DNA from: Rhodocyclaceae bacterium
Lineage (GTDB): Bacteria; Pseudomonadota; Gammaproteobacteria; Burkholderiales; Rhodocyclaceae
Length of the DNA: 32,000 nt
Assembly: GCA_016704145.1 (NCBI GenBank)
Contig: JADJAS010000007.1
Span: 48,565-80,564 of the forward strand
Reading direction: 5' to 3'
Below the pieces are notes generated by a model. That model saw only the letters and a program-made list of their open reading frames with translations. It had not been told where the DNA came from and did no database searches. Below are positions 17,735-25,913 of the stretch, piece after piece. Positions within the stretch are counted from its first letter, which is position 1; each line of letters begins with the position of its first letter. A program made the position numbers and the translations under genes.

Positions 17735-19570
17735 TCAGCGAACGATCGTGATGTGTCCGGACGAACCGTCCACACGCAGCGACATGCCGGACTTGATCAC
17801 CTTGGTCGCGTACCCGGTGCCGACCACCGCCGGCATGCCGTACTCACGGCACACAATGGCCGCGTGGCTCATGACGCCACCGACATCGGTGATACAGGCC
17901 TTGATCTTGGCGAATGCCGGAGCCCACGACGGCGACGTGGTTGGCGCAACGAGAATCTCGTCCTCCATCAGATCGCGAATTTCCTCGGCGCCGAAGCACA
18001 CCCGGGCCTTGCCCTCGACAATTCCCGGACTGGCGGCAAATCCCTTCATCTCGGTGATGCTGTCGGGGTCGCCGACATCCTGCACCGACGCCCAATCCGA
18101 CAGCGACTTGTTGGTGACACCCCATAGGACGATGGTGAAAGGTTCCTGGATGACTTCGGGAGCCACGCCGATGGCGGGAGGCGCCCGCCATTCGCGAAAC
18201 TTCTGCATCACACCCTTGCGCCACTCGATCTCGGTTGGCCACGTCTTGGTGCCCCGCGGTTTTACGCCAGTGGCCCAAGCCGTCACGATGTCCCACAGTG
18301 CCTGCTTGATTTCATCGCGCCGCAGGTACCAGATATCCTCGACATCGTCGAGAATGCCATGTTCCTTCATGACCGCGGCCACCTGCCGGATCTTGTTCCA
18401 GAAAACCGAATGGAACCAGTGCTCGACGTAGAAAAGATGGTTCTCGACGTAGGGAAAGACAGTCTTCGCGCAGCCAAGCAGTTCATCGAACTGTTGTCGG
18501 TCGGCCTCGTTGGCGATCAGTTCGCGATACTCGGCGGTGATGCGGTCGCGCTCGGCGCGGACTTGCTCCATGGGCCGGTCGATATTGGCGCCAGAACGAA
18601 TCTTGTTGATGTAGGTCTGGATCCCAGAAAGGGGAATGCCCAGATTGTCGTTCCAACTCCGATCCGTATGGAACCACCCGGTACCGGACGAGATATTGAA
18701 CCAAGGGTAACGCGCCTTCTCGAACGCCGCCAGCCATTCGGCGCCGCCAGGCGATCTGGCGACGGCCACCTTGACATCCTCCCATTCCCGATGCTCGGTA
18801 ACCGCTCGGTCGACTCCAAGCAGGATGGCCTTCTTGGCCAGCCCCTTGAGTTCGTCATCTGGCCTATACATGATGACATCGATGCCCGATATCATCTGCG
18901 TCACGCGCTGGAGCGGAATGCTCGGGAAAAGTTTCTGGGCAAAGTCCATGAAAAACACGTACGCGGCATAGCCCAGGTTGAGAAACTCGAAGTGGTACTG
19001 CCAGCACTTGATGCCCAGGTTGATCAGGTCGTCATAGTTCTTGATCAGGTGGTAGCCTCGCGACTCGCCGACGCCATCGGTGACGATGCTCAAGTCCTCG
19101 ACCTCGGGCAGACGGGGAATCTCCAGCGCTTCGAGCTCGGCGATGGTTGCCTCCATCTTGACCTTCCACTTGGCCTCGAGGTCATCCCAGTTCTTGTAGT
19201 AGTAACCCGCCCGCTCCATGAAGTTGGGTACACGCGCGCCAATCTCCTCGGGGTCGCGCACGGGCACGGGTGAAATGTAGACATAGCCGTTGATGATCCG
19301 GTGGTCGACCCCTCGCACCGGCGGAACTTGAAAGATGCGGTTGTTGAACTGAGACAAGGCGAGATACCACGCCTCGTCCCATATCGTGTCGAATGGATAC
19401 AGTGGCTCGGGATAATGCAATCCGTCGTAGAACCAGAACGTCTCCTTTTCGTAGCGGTTGCGCTCGGCGTCATCGGTGACAAACTGATACTGGTAGGGGT
19501 ACATGCGCTCCCATCCCTCGGTACCGGGAATGGTCTTCGCCTTGACGTCATGCGGATTGGGGAATTGCAT
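17735..19570 (-). CDS. ppsA: phenylphosphate synthase alpha subunit (PEP-utilising enzyme with phosphohistidine mobile domain)
   Basis: 611 aa (about 70 kDa) from ATG 19570 (MQFPNPHDVK), which is preceded by AGGAGGAGG. The C-terminal TDVGGVMSHAAIVCREYGMPAVVG is the phosphohistidine swivel-domain motif. The track start at 19621 lacks an SD. Confidence 0.85.
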   Translation of the reverse strand: MQFPNPHDVKAKTIPGTEGWERMYPYQYQFVTDDAERNRYEKETFWFYDGLHYPEPLYPFDTIWDEAWYLALSQFNNRIFQVPPVRGVDHRIINGYVYISPVPVRDPEEIGARVPNFMERAGYYYKNWDDLEAKWKVKMEATIAELEALEIPRLPEVEDLSIVTDGVGESRGYHLIKNYDDLINLGIKCWQYHFEFLNLGYAAYVFFMDFAQKLFPSIPLQRVTQMISGIDVIMYRPDDELKGLAKKAILLGVDRAVTEHREWEDVKVAVARSPGGAEWLAAFEKARYPWFNISSGTGWFHTDRSWNDNLGIPLSGIQTYINKIRSGANIDRPMEQVRAERDRITAEYRELIANEADRQQFDELLGCAKTVFPYVENHLFYVEHWFHSVFWNKIRQVAAVMKEHGILDDVEDIWYLRRDEIKQALWDIVTAWATGVKPRGTKTWPTEIEWRKGVMQKFREWRAPPAIGVAPEVIQEPFTIVLWGVTNKSLSDWASVQDVGDPDSITEMKGFAASPGIVEGKARVCFGAEEIRDLMEDEILVAPTTSPSWAPAFAKIKACITDVGGVMSHAAIVCREYGMPAVVGTGYATKVIKSGMSLRVDGSSGHITIVR

Positions 19571-19649
19571 CGTCTGCCTCCTCCTGGAGAACGTCGTTCG
19601 TCCGGGCCGATGAACGAACACTGGGTTGACTTTCCTGTCCTACCAACCA

Positions 19650-19664
19650 GCAAAGCCCATGCCA
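19650..19664 (-). promoter_or_regulatory. sigma54 (-24/-12) promoter of the pps/ppc operon
   Basis: The minus strand reads TGGCATGGGCTTTGC (GG-N10-GC spacing; consensus TGGCAC-N5-TTGC). It lies about 80 nt upstream of ppsA ATG 19570, and a sigma54 activator gene is divergent. Confidence 0.7.
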
Positions 19665-19833
19665 TGTCTCGTGCTGTGGCGCAACATGGGCGAACCCGGG
19701 CGAGCCCACCCGATACTGGTCAATCTTGACCATCAGACGATAGCCATCGGCGTGCACACGCAGCAACGTTGCTCGGAGTGTCGCGTTGCCACCAATGGGA
19801 CGATCGGGCGTGGCGGAAAAACTCGATTGTTGT

Positions 19834-19875
19834 ATTGATCAACTTTCCCGCGCCGGCGGCCATGAATTGATCAAC
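19834..19875. promoter_or_regulatory. two copies of ATTGATCAAC (palindromic core TTGATCAA) 32 bp apart; candidate enhancer-binding-protein UAS
   Basis: Exact 10-mers at 19834-19843 and 19866-19875. They lie 170 and 202 bp upstream of the -24 element, in the divergent pps / regulator intergenic region. Confidence 0.5.
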
Positions 19876-19944
19876 GGAGCAAGCGATGATCGAGCAACGG
19901 CTGACGGCAACGGAAAGCTCGGACGAAAATTGCTCGACCATGGC

Positions 19945-19973
19945 TTGACTTTGTAAGCCCCAGAAGTTATCAA
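19945..19973 (+). promoter_or_regulatory. candidate sigma70 promoter of the activator gene
   Basis: TTGACT (19945-19950), a 17-nt spacer, then TATCAA (19968-19973), about 30 nt before ATG 20004. Confidence 0.35.
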
Positions 19974-20003
19974 TCCACCTTTTCCAAGCAAGGCACGAAC
20001 GCC

Positions 20004-21758
20004 ATGGCGAAGGCTGGCGAGATCAGAACGGCGCCCCGCGAAGCGACGCGGTGGAAGAGCGAGGGTCTACGCGGGCGCTTGCGTTTCGGTGCGGAAAGCG
20101 GCCAGATCTGGCTTGACGAGCACCGAATGCTTCTCGTGCATGCCGAGGCGCAAGCTCTGCTGCGCAAGGAGCTCATCGATTCGCTGGGCATGGAGCGCGC
20201 TCGCGGTCTACTCACACGCATGGGCTTCGCTTCCGGGATGCGCGATGCGCAAATCGCTCGGGAGCGATTCGCCGATGCTAGCGACATGGATGCGTTCATG
20301 ACCGGCCCCCAACTGCATACGCTTGAAGGCATCGTTAACGTGACGCCGATCAAGGTCGAACTCGACCGGATGGCGGGGCATTTCTATGGTGAGTTTCTAT
20401 GGGAGGACTCGTGGGAAGGCCAATGGCACCGGCATTACTACGGCATCCATTCCGAGCCTGTCTGCTGGACGCAGATTGGCTATGCCTGCGGGTATACCTC
20501 CGCGTTCATGGGTCGCACGATCCTCTACAAGGAAGTCGAGTGCACCGGCATGGGCAGCAACAATTGCCGCATCGTGGGCAAGCCCATCGAGGAATGGCCG
20601 GATGCGGCGGAACATGCCAAATATTTCAGCCCAGACTCGATTGCCGAACAGCTGATTGATCTCCAGACGGAGGTAGTCCAGCTACGCTCAACCATTGGTG
20701 ACCGCCATCAGCACAGCGACGATGTGAGAGGCATTTCTCCTGGGTTCTTGGCCGCCTTCGAACTGCTGAAACAGGCGGCCGGCTGTAGCATCACCGTCTT
20801 GTTGCTTGGCGAGACAGGCGTTGGCAAGGAAGTATTCGCCCGAAGCCTGCACGACATGGGGCCCCGCCGCGACTCGCCGTTCGTCGCGGTAAATTGCGCG
20901 GCGATTCCGCATGACCTGGTCGAATCGGAACTCTTCGGCGTGGAGAAAGGCGCCTTCACGGGCGCGCAGCATACCCGCCCGGGCCGATTCGAACGTGCCA
21001 ACGGCGGCACCTTGTTTCTCGACGAAATAGGCGACCTACCCTTGGCCGCACAGGCAAAGTTGCTTCGCGTTCTTCAGGATGGCGAAGTGGAGCGGCTGGG
21101 TGATCAAAAGTTGCGCAAGATCAATGTTCGTCTCGTCGCCGCAACCAATGCCGGACTCCAAGGGCTCGTCAGGGAAGGACGATTTCGTTCCGACCTTTAC
21201 TACCGACTGAATGCCTATCAGGTCAAGATTCCGCCGCTACGCGAGCGCAAACAGGATATTCCGGTTCTAGCAAAGCACTTTCTGGCAAAGTACGCCGCCA
21301 TCAATGGGAAGAAACTTCGCGGCTTCACGGACAAGGCCAAGCGCGCCCTGCTTGCATATCGATGGCCCGGCAACATCCGCGAGTTGCAGAATATGGTGGA
21401 ACGCGGGGTGATACTGGCTCCCAACAGTGGTCAGGTAGAAGTCAACCACCTGTTTCTGTCCCACTGCGATGGCAGCGATCAACCGAGCGAATTCGAGTTC
21501 GGCCTCGCCAGTGATGGCGGCATCACCGGCACCCGCTGGGAAACGGGCGAGGATCTCTGTGACGCCGTTTTCAATGGCAGGATGACGCTCGACCAGGTGG
21601 AGGCGATGTTGCTGACCGCCGCCGTCGACAAGGCGCGTGGCAACTTGTCGGCGGCGGCGCGATTTCTTGGCATCACTCGAGCGCAACTCGCCTATCGGCT
21701 AAAACGGCTGCGGGCGGCCGAAGCCGAACTCGATGCGGAGATCGGTGTCTTCTCTTGA
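20004..21758 (+). CDS. sigma54-dependent transcriptional activator of the XylR/DmpR (phenol-responsive) family
   Basis: 584 aa. N-terminal XylR_N/V4R-type sensor (CWTQIGYACGYTSAFMGRTILYKEVECTGMGSNNCRIVGKP). AAA+ core with GETGVGKE Walker A, the GAFTGA sigma54-contact loop and FLDEIGDL Walker B. C-terminal Fis-type HTH (GNLSAAARFLGITRAQLAYRLKR). Confidence 0.9.
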   Translation: MAKAGEIRTAPREATRWKSEGLRGRLRFGAESGQIWLDEHRMLLVHAEAQALLRKELIDSLGMERARGLLTRMGFASGMRDAQIARERFADASDMDAFMTGPQLHTLEGIVNVTPIKVELDRMAGHFYGEFLWEDSWEGQWHRHYYGIHSEPVCWTQIGYACGYTSAFMGRTILYKEVECTGMGSNNCRIVGKPIEEWPDAAEHAKYFSPDSIAEQLIDLQTEVVQLRSTIGDRHQHSDDVRGISPGFLAAFELLKQAAGCSITVLLLGETGVGKEVFARSLHDMGPRRDSPFVAVNCAAIPHDLVESELFGVEKGAFTGAQHTRPGRFERANGGTLFLDEIGDLPLAAQAKLLRVLQDGEVERLGDQKLRKINVRLVAATNAGLQGLVREGRFRSDLYYRLNAYQVKIPPLRERKQDIPVLAKHFLAKYAAINGKKLRGFTDKAKRALLAYRWPGNIRELQNMVERGVILAPNSGQVEVNHLFLSHCDGSDQPSEFEFGLASDGGITGTRWETGEDLCDAVFNGRMTLDQVEAMLLTAAVDKARGNLSAAARFLGITRAQLAYRLKRLRAAEAELDAEIGVFS

Positions 21759-22213
21759 CCAGCGCACTTCGCGAGCGCGTGCTCGAACAACTCGCGGATC
21801 ATCACGTCCTCTCCCTGGCCACGACGGGCCCGGAAGGGCCGTGGGCCGCCGCGGTATTCTATGCGCATGATGGTTTGTCCCTCTACTTTCTCTCCTCTCC
21901 GACCAGCCGCCACGCCCTAAACATCGGCGCTGGCACGGAAGTGGCCGCCACGATCCAACACGACTACGATGACTGGCCAGGCATTCGCGGGCTACAGTTG
22001 CAAGGCCGCGCCGAACCCGTTGCCGCGCACGATGAGGCCGGGGTACGACAGCGATACGCCGCGCGTTTCCCCGTTATCGGGTTGTCCGCGAGGGCCCCGG
22101 CCGCGATCGTCCGCGCCCTGGATCGCATCCGCTGGTATGTCCTTTGTCCTCGCGCCATCTGGTTAATAGACAACAGGCGCGGATTTGCTCACCGCGAGCG
22201 ACTCGATGTGTAG
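21755..22213 (+). CDS. pyridoxamine 5'-phosphate oxidase (PNPOx) family FMN-binding protein
   Basis: 152 aa. ERVLEQLADHHVLSLATTGPEGPWAAAVFYAHDGLSLYFLSSPTSRH, then the GLQLQGRAEPV pattern typical of PNPOx-like split barrels. The TTG start overlaps the activator stop (TCTTGACC), and there is no in-frame ATG near the 5' end. Confidence 0.6.
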   Translation: MTSALRERVLEQLADHHVLSLATTGPEGPWAAAVFYAHDGLSLYFLSSPTSRHALNIGAGTEVAATIQHDYDDWPGIRGLQLQGRAEPVAAHDEAGVRQRYAARFPVIGLSARAPAAIVRALDRIRWYVLCPRAIWLIDNRRGFAHRERLDV

Positions 22214-22274
22214 GCGGCTTGCTTCATTCCCCCTCTTGCTTGGTTGGTGAAATTCCGGATTCTTGACGGGGAAA

Positions 22275-22320
22275 TTTGATCAAATCGTCAATCATTGGTC
22301 TTCCAATGATTGACGATTTG
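22275..22320. promoter_or_regulatory. TTTGATCAAA palindrome fused to a perfect 18-bp inverted repeat (4-nt spacer); candidate UAS/operator
   Basis: CAAATCGTCAATCATTGG (22281-22298), TCTT, then CCAATGATTGACGATTTG (22303-22320) are exact reverse complements. TTGATCAAATC spans 22276-22286. The element lies about 130-170 bp upstream of the sigma54 promoter at 22448. Confidence 0.55.
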
Positions 22321-22447
22321 TCGCCACTTCCTTCCAGTGTATCCAGAATCGCCGCCGAGGCTGTTCGAGCCCCACGCGCTCTTCGCCATCGACGCGTACT
22401 CGGCCTTTCGGTCGAGTGATCACAATATCGCACCGCACAACGACACC

Positions 22448-22462
22448 TGGCACGAGCCTTGC
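22448..22462 (+). promoter_or_regulatory. sigma54 (-24/-12) promoter, perfect consensus
   Basis: TGGCACGAGCCTTGC matches TGGCAC-N5-TTGC exactly. It lies on the + strand about 213 nt upstream of the BNR lipoprotein ATG at 22675. Confidence 0.7.
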
Positions 22463-22674
22463 GGACAGTGCCCGGTGAGTTGACGCGAATTCTCGGCCAA
22501 TACAACCGCCAGACCAACCACGATATCCATTCAAAGCCAAGCATGATCAAGGCAATGCGCCACCGCCAGCCTCATCCATCAACGGAGACTTCAATGGCGC
22601 CATGCCCCCAACTTTGTGTCGACGAGAACGTCGCAATTAGCGACATTGCCGCTTCTCGACACAACGGGGTGACG

Positions 22675-23612
22675 ATGAAGTTCATCATGCTCTGCCTGAC
22701 TGGTTTACTGCTGACTGGTTGCCGTGGTGTAACGGACCCATCGCAAGTGGCGATGGGGGGTGGGGAAGCGCTGAAGCGCTATGACGTGATACAGGCGCTG
22801 GGGTGGAATGGTGAGGTGATGGTGGGTGGGAGTCAGGCGGGGGCGGTGGTGGTATCGGCGGATGGTGGGAAGAGCTGGCGGCGGGAGAATTTGGTGGGGG
22901 CCAGTGTGATGGGTCTGGCGGCATGTCCGGACGGCGGGTTTGTCGGGATTGACTTCAACCACAAGGTTTGGAGTGGCGATCGGCAAGGTCAGGCATGGCG
23001 GAGCGCCGAGTTGGACAAGCCGCGGGTACCGCTGGCGGTCACCTGTGATGGTCGGGGCCGGTGGTGGGTGGTGGGGTCTGGGGCCAGGATAGCGGTCAGT
23101 GTTGACCGGGGAGTCAGCTGGACGGTGACTGACCTGCAAGAAGACGTTCAATTCACCACGGGCCCAGTTTGTTGATGACCGGCACGGTTTTGTTCTGGGC
23201 GAATTTGGTTACGTCGTGGTCACCGACGATGGCGGCGAGAGCTGGCGCAAGCTGAGCCAGATTCCGGGCGAGTTTACCCCTACGCCGCCCTCTTTCTCGA
23301 CCGCAACGAAGGCTTCGCCAGCGGCATCGCCGGGCAAATGCTGCATACCGTCGATGGGGGCAAGACCTGGAGCCGGATGGCCAACCCCAGCGGTGCGGCG
23401 CTCTACCGGCTGTTTCTGCACGAAGGCCGGCCTTATGGCGTTGGCGCCGGCGGTGTCATTGCCCGGCTGGAAGAAGGCCAATGGCGGTCGGTGCCGTACC
23501 CGGATGCCGTGCCGGCGTTTCTGGGTTCGGCGGCCAGCGTCGCGGGAGGCATCGTCATCGTGGGCCGGGCGGCTTGCGGGTCGTGGCGATCACGCCAGGA
23601 GCGGGCGCATGA
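22675..23612 (+). pseudogene. BNR-repeat / Ycf48-like beta-propeller lipoprotein, disrupted by three frameshifts
   Basis: Lipoprotein signal MKFIMLCLTGLLLTGC. BNR motifs SADGGKSW, SVDRGVSW, TDDGGESW and TVDGGKTW are spread over frames 1, 2, 1 and 3. Frame 1 stops at 23173-23178. The frame-3 end (GGLRVVAITPGAGA) stops at a TGA that overlaps the RND ATG as ATGA. Confidence 0.6.
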
Positions 23613-25891
23613 GTGGCGGTGGGCTGCGCCAGCGCATCACCCATGGCCTGCACGTTGGCGAGGAATGGCTGTTTGCCAATCCCAAGATCGTGCTTGGGCT
23701 GATTCTAGCCGCCACCCTGGCCTGGAGTCTGTTTCTGCCCAAGCTGCGGGTGTATTCCGACTTTGCCGACCTGCTGCCGCAACAGCATGCCTACATCACA
23801 GAGTACAACCGGATCAAGGAAGGCTTTGGCGGCGCCAACCAGATCGTCATGGCCATTGAAGTCGAGCAAGGCACCATTTTTAACGATGCCACGCTCAAGC
23901 TGGTGCATGAAGCCACCCAGGGGATGGACAACCTGCCCAGCGTCAACCACAACCTGGTGGCCAGCCTGACGCACCGGACCGCGCGCAAGGTCTATCTCAG
24001 CGCCGAAGGCAACTTTATGTCCGAGCCGTACTACGACCCGCTGAAGGGCAACCGGACGGCGGCCGAGTTCGAGCGGATGAAGAAGGACGTCATTGCCAAC
24101 CCCACCATCTACGGTCTTCTGGTCTCGCCCGATCTCAAGGCTGCGCTGATCAAGGCCCAGCTCAACGAAGCCGACCTCGACTACGTCAAGACCTTCGCCG
24201 AACTCCAGAAAGTGCGGGAAAGCCTGGCGCGGCCCGGGCACAAGATCCACGTCACCGGCAATCCCGTGCTCACCGGCTGGGTCTATACCTACCTCAACCA
24301 GATTCTGGGCATTCTGGCCTGCTCCCTTCCTCATTGCCGCCCGCGCCACCTCCCACGGCGTCCAGCTGGTGGCGCGCTACTACGAAGAACTGGCCAAGAC
24401 CCACCACGGCGCCAAGGCGGCGCGCAACGCCCTCGATGCCCTGTTCCGGCCGGGCAGTCTGGCCATCATCGTGGACGCGGTCGGCATAGCCGTGCTCATG
24501 CTGGGTGCCGCCCCCTTCAACCACAAGCTGGGTCTGGCGGCCGGCTTCTGGGGCTTCTCGGTCATCTTCACCGTGCACTTCATGGTACCGCTGGCGCTGA
24601 CCATCCTCAGCGCAGCCGCGGGAGATGGAGAACAAGAACGAAGGCGTGCGCAACCTGCTGGGCCGGGCCATGGCCATGACCGGCGGCACCGACGGTGGCG
24701 CGCGGGCCATCCTGGCCGTGGCGGCGCTGTGCGCCATTGGCGGCGGCTGGTTCATTGCCCGGGTGCAGCTGGGCGAATCCGAGGCGGGCAGCCCGCTGCT
24801 GCACCGGCACCACGACTACAACCGATCGACCCAGGCCATCAACACCCTGTTCCCTGGCTCCGAGGAATTGCACGTGGTGGCGCGTACCGACGAGAAGGGC
24901 GGCATCAAGCGGCCGGACGTCATGGCCGCCATCGAGCGCTTTCAGGCGCACATGCTGGCCGATCCCGGTCTGGGCGGCACCAAGGCCATTCCCGGGGTGG
25001 TGCGGGTGGTGGAACCGGCTGACCCACAACGACGACCCGCGCTGGATGCAGCTGCAGGACAATGCCGAGGAAGTGGGCGGCCTGATGTTTGCCTACATGG
25101 CCAGCAGTCCGATACCGGGGGCCCTGAAGGAATTCATCAGTCCCGACGAGAACGAAGCCAACATGGTGTTCTTCTACAAGGACCACCAGGCCGACACCAT
25201 CAACCGGGTGGTGGCCCTGGCCGAGGCGGGCATCAAGCAGATCGAGCGGGACGTGCCCGGGCTGCACATTGAACTGGGGGGCGGCATCATCGGCGTCACG
25301 GCGGCGGCCAACCAGGCCCTGCACCGGGACCACATGATCATCATCCCGGCGGTGATGATCCTGGCCTTTGCCCTGGTCATGCTGTACTACCAGTCGTGGC
25401 ACGCCGGCTGGCTGATGGTGTTGCCCATGCTGTTCGCCACGGTGATGACCTATGCCTACATGGGCGCCGCCCACATCGGCATCAACGTCAATACCGTGCC
25501 GGTGATCGCCGTCGGGGTGGGGGTGGGCATCGACTATGCCGTCTATTTCATGGACCGCATCCGCGAGGAAATGGCGGCCACCCGGAACATTCACCGGGCG
25601 GTGGTCAATGCGGTGGCCACCACGGGTTACGCCGTCTCGTTCACCGCGGCGACGCTGATTGCCGGGGTGATCATGTGGATATTTCTGTCGGACCTGCGGT
25701 TCCAGTCGGACGCGGCCATCCTGCTGTCGTTCATGCTGGTCGTCAATGCCATTGCCGCCATGCTGATCGTGCCGGCCTGGTGCGTCGTGTTCAAGCCGCA
25801 CTTCGTGGTGGCCACGCATTACGACGCGGATGGCGTGCTGGAGGAAGACGCGGCGAACGGTGGCGGTCTGGCGGGGGTGAAGGCGGGGTAA
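23609..25891 (+). pseudogene. RND-superfamily (MMPL/HpnN-like) inner-membrane transporter, disrupted by three frame changes and an apparent internal deletion
   Basis: The family-typical sequence reads in frame 2 (23609 to about 24318), frame 3 (to about 24610; PFLIAARATSHGVQLVARYYEE), frame 1 (to about 25015) and frame 2 (to TAA 25891; GVGVGIDYAVYFMDRIREE). The first half lacks about 55 aa (TM2-TM3) compared with the internally homologous second half. Confidence 0.6.
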
Positions 25892-25913
25892 ACCTTAGAG
25901 GAGGAGGACAGCG

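Noticed and set aside
15864-18431. 855-aa ORF on the plus strand
   Set aside because: It is antisense to ppsC, ppsB and ppsA. The translation is Arg/His/Asp-rich and featureless, whereas the minus-strand genes carry clear PEP-synthase and CBS motifs.
22224-22550. 108-aa and 82-aa minus-strand ORFs, and the in-frame extension (22459-22674) of the BNR gene, all in the spacer
   Set aside because: The region is lower in GC and the ORFs have no SD, no motifs and poor third-position bias. It is better explained as a regulatory region (palindrome, sigma54 promoter, leader). The lipoprotein signal peptide begins at ATG 22675.
22685-23151. Proline-rich minus-strand ORFs (79 aa and 148 aa)
   Set aside because: They are an artefact of the extreme G-richness of the plus strand (CCN codons on the complement), antisense to the BNR gene.
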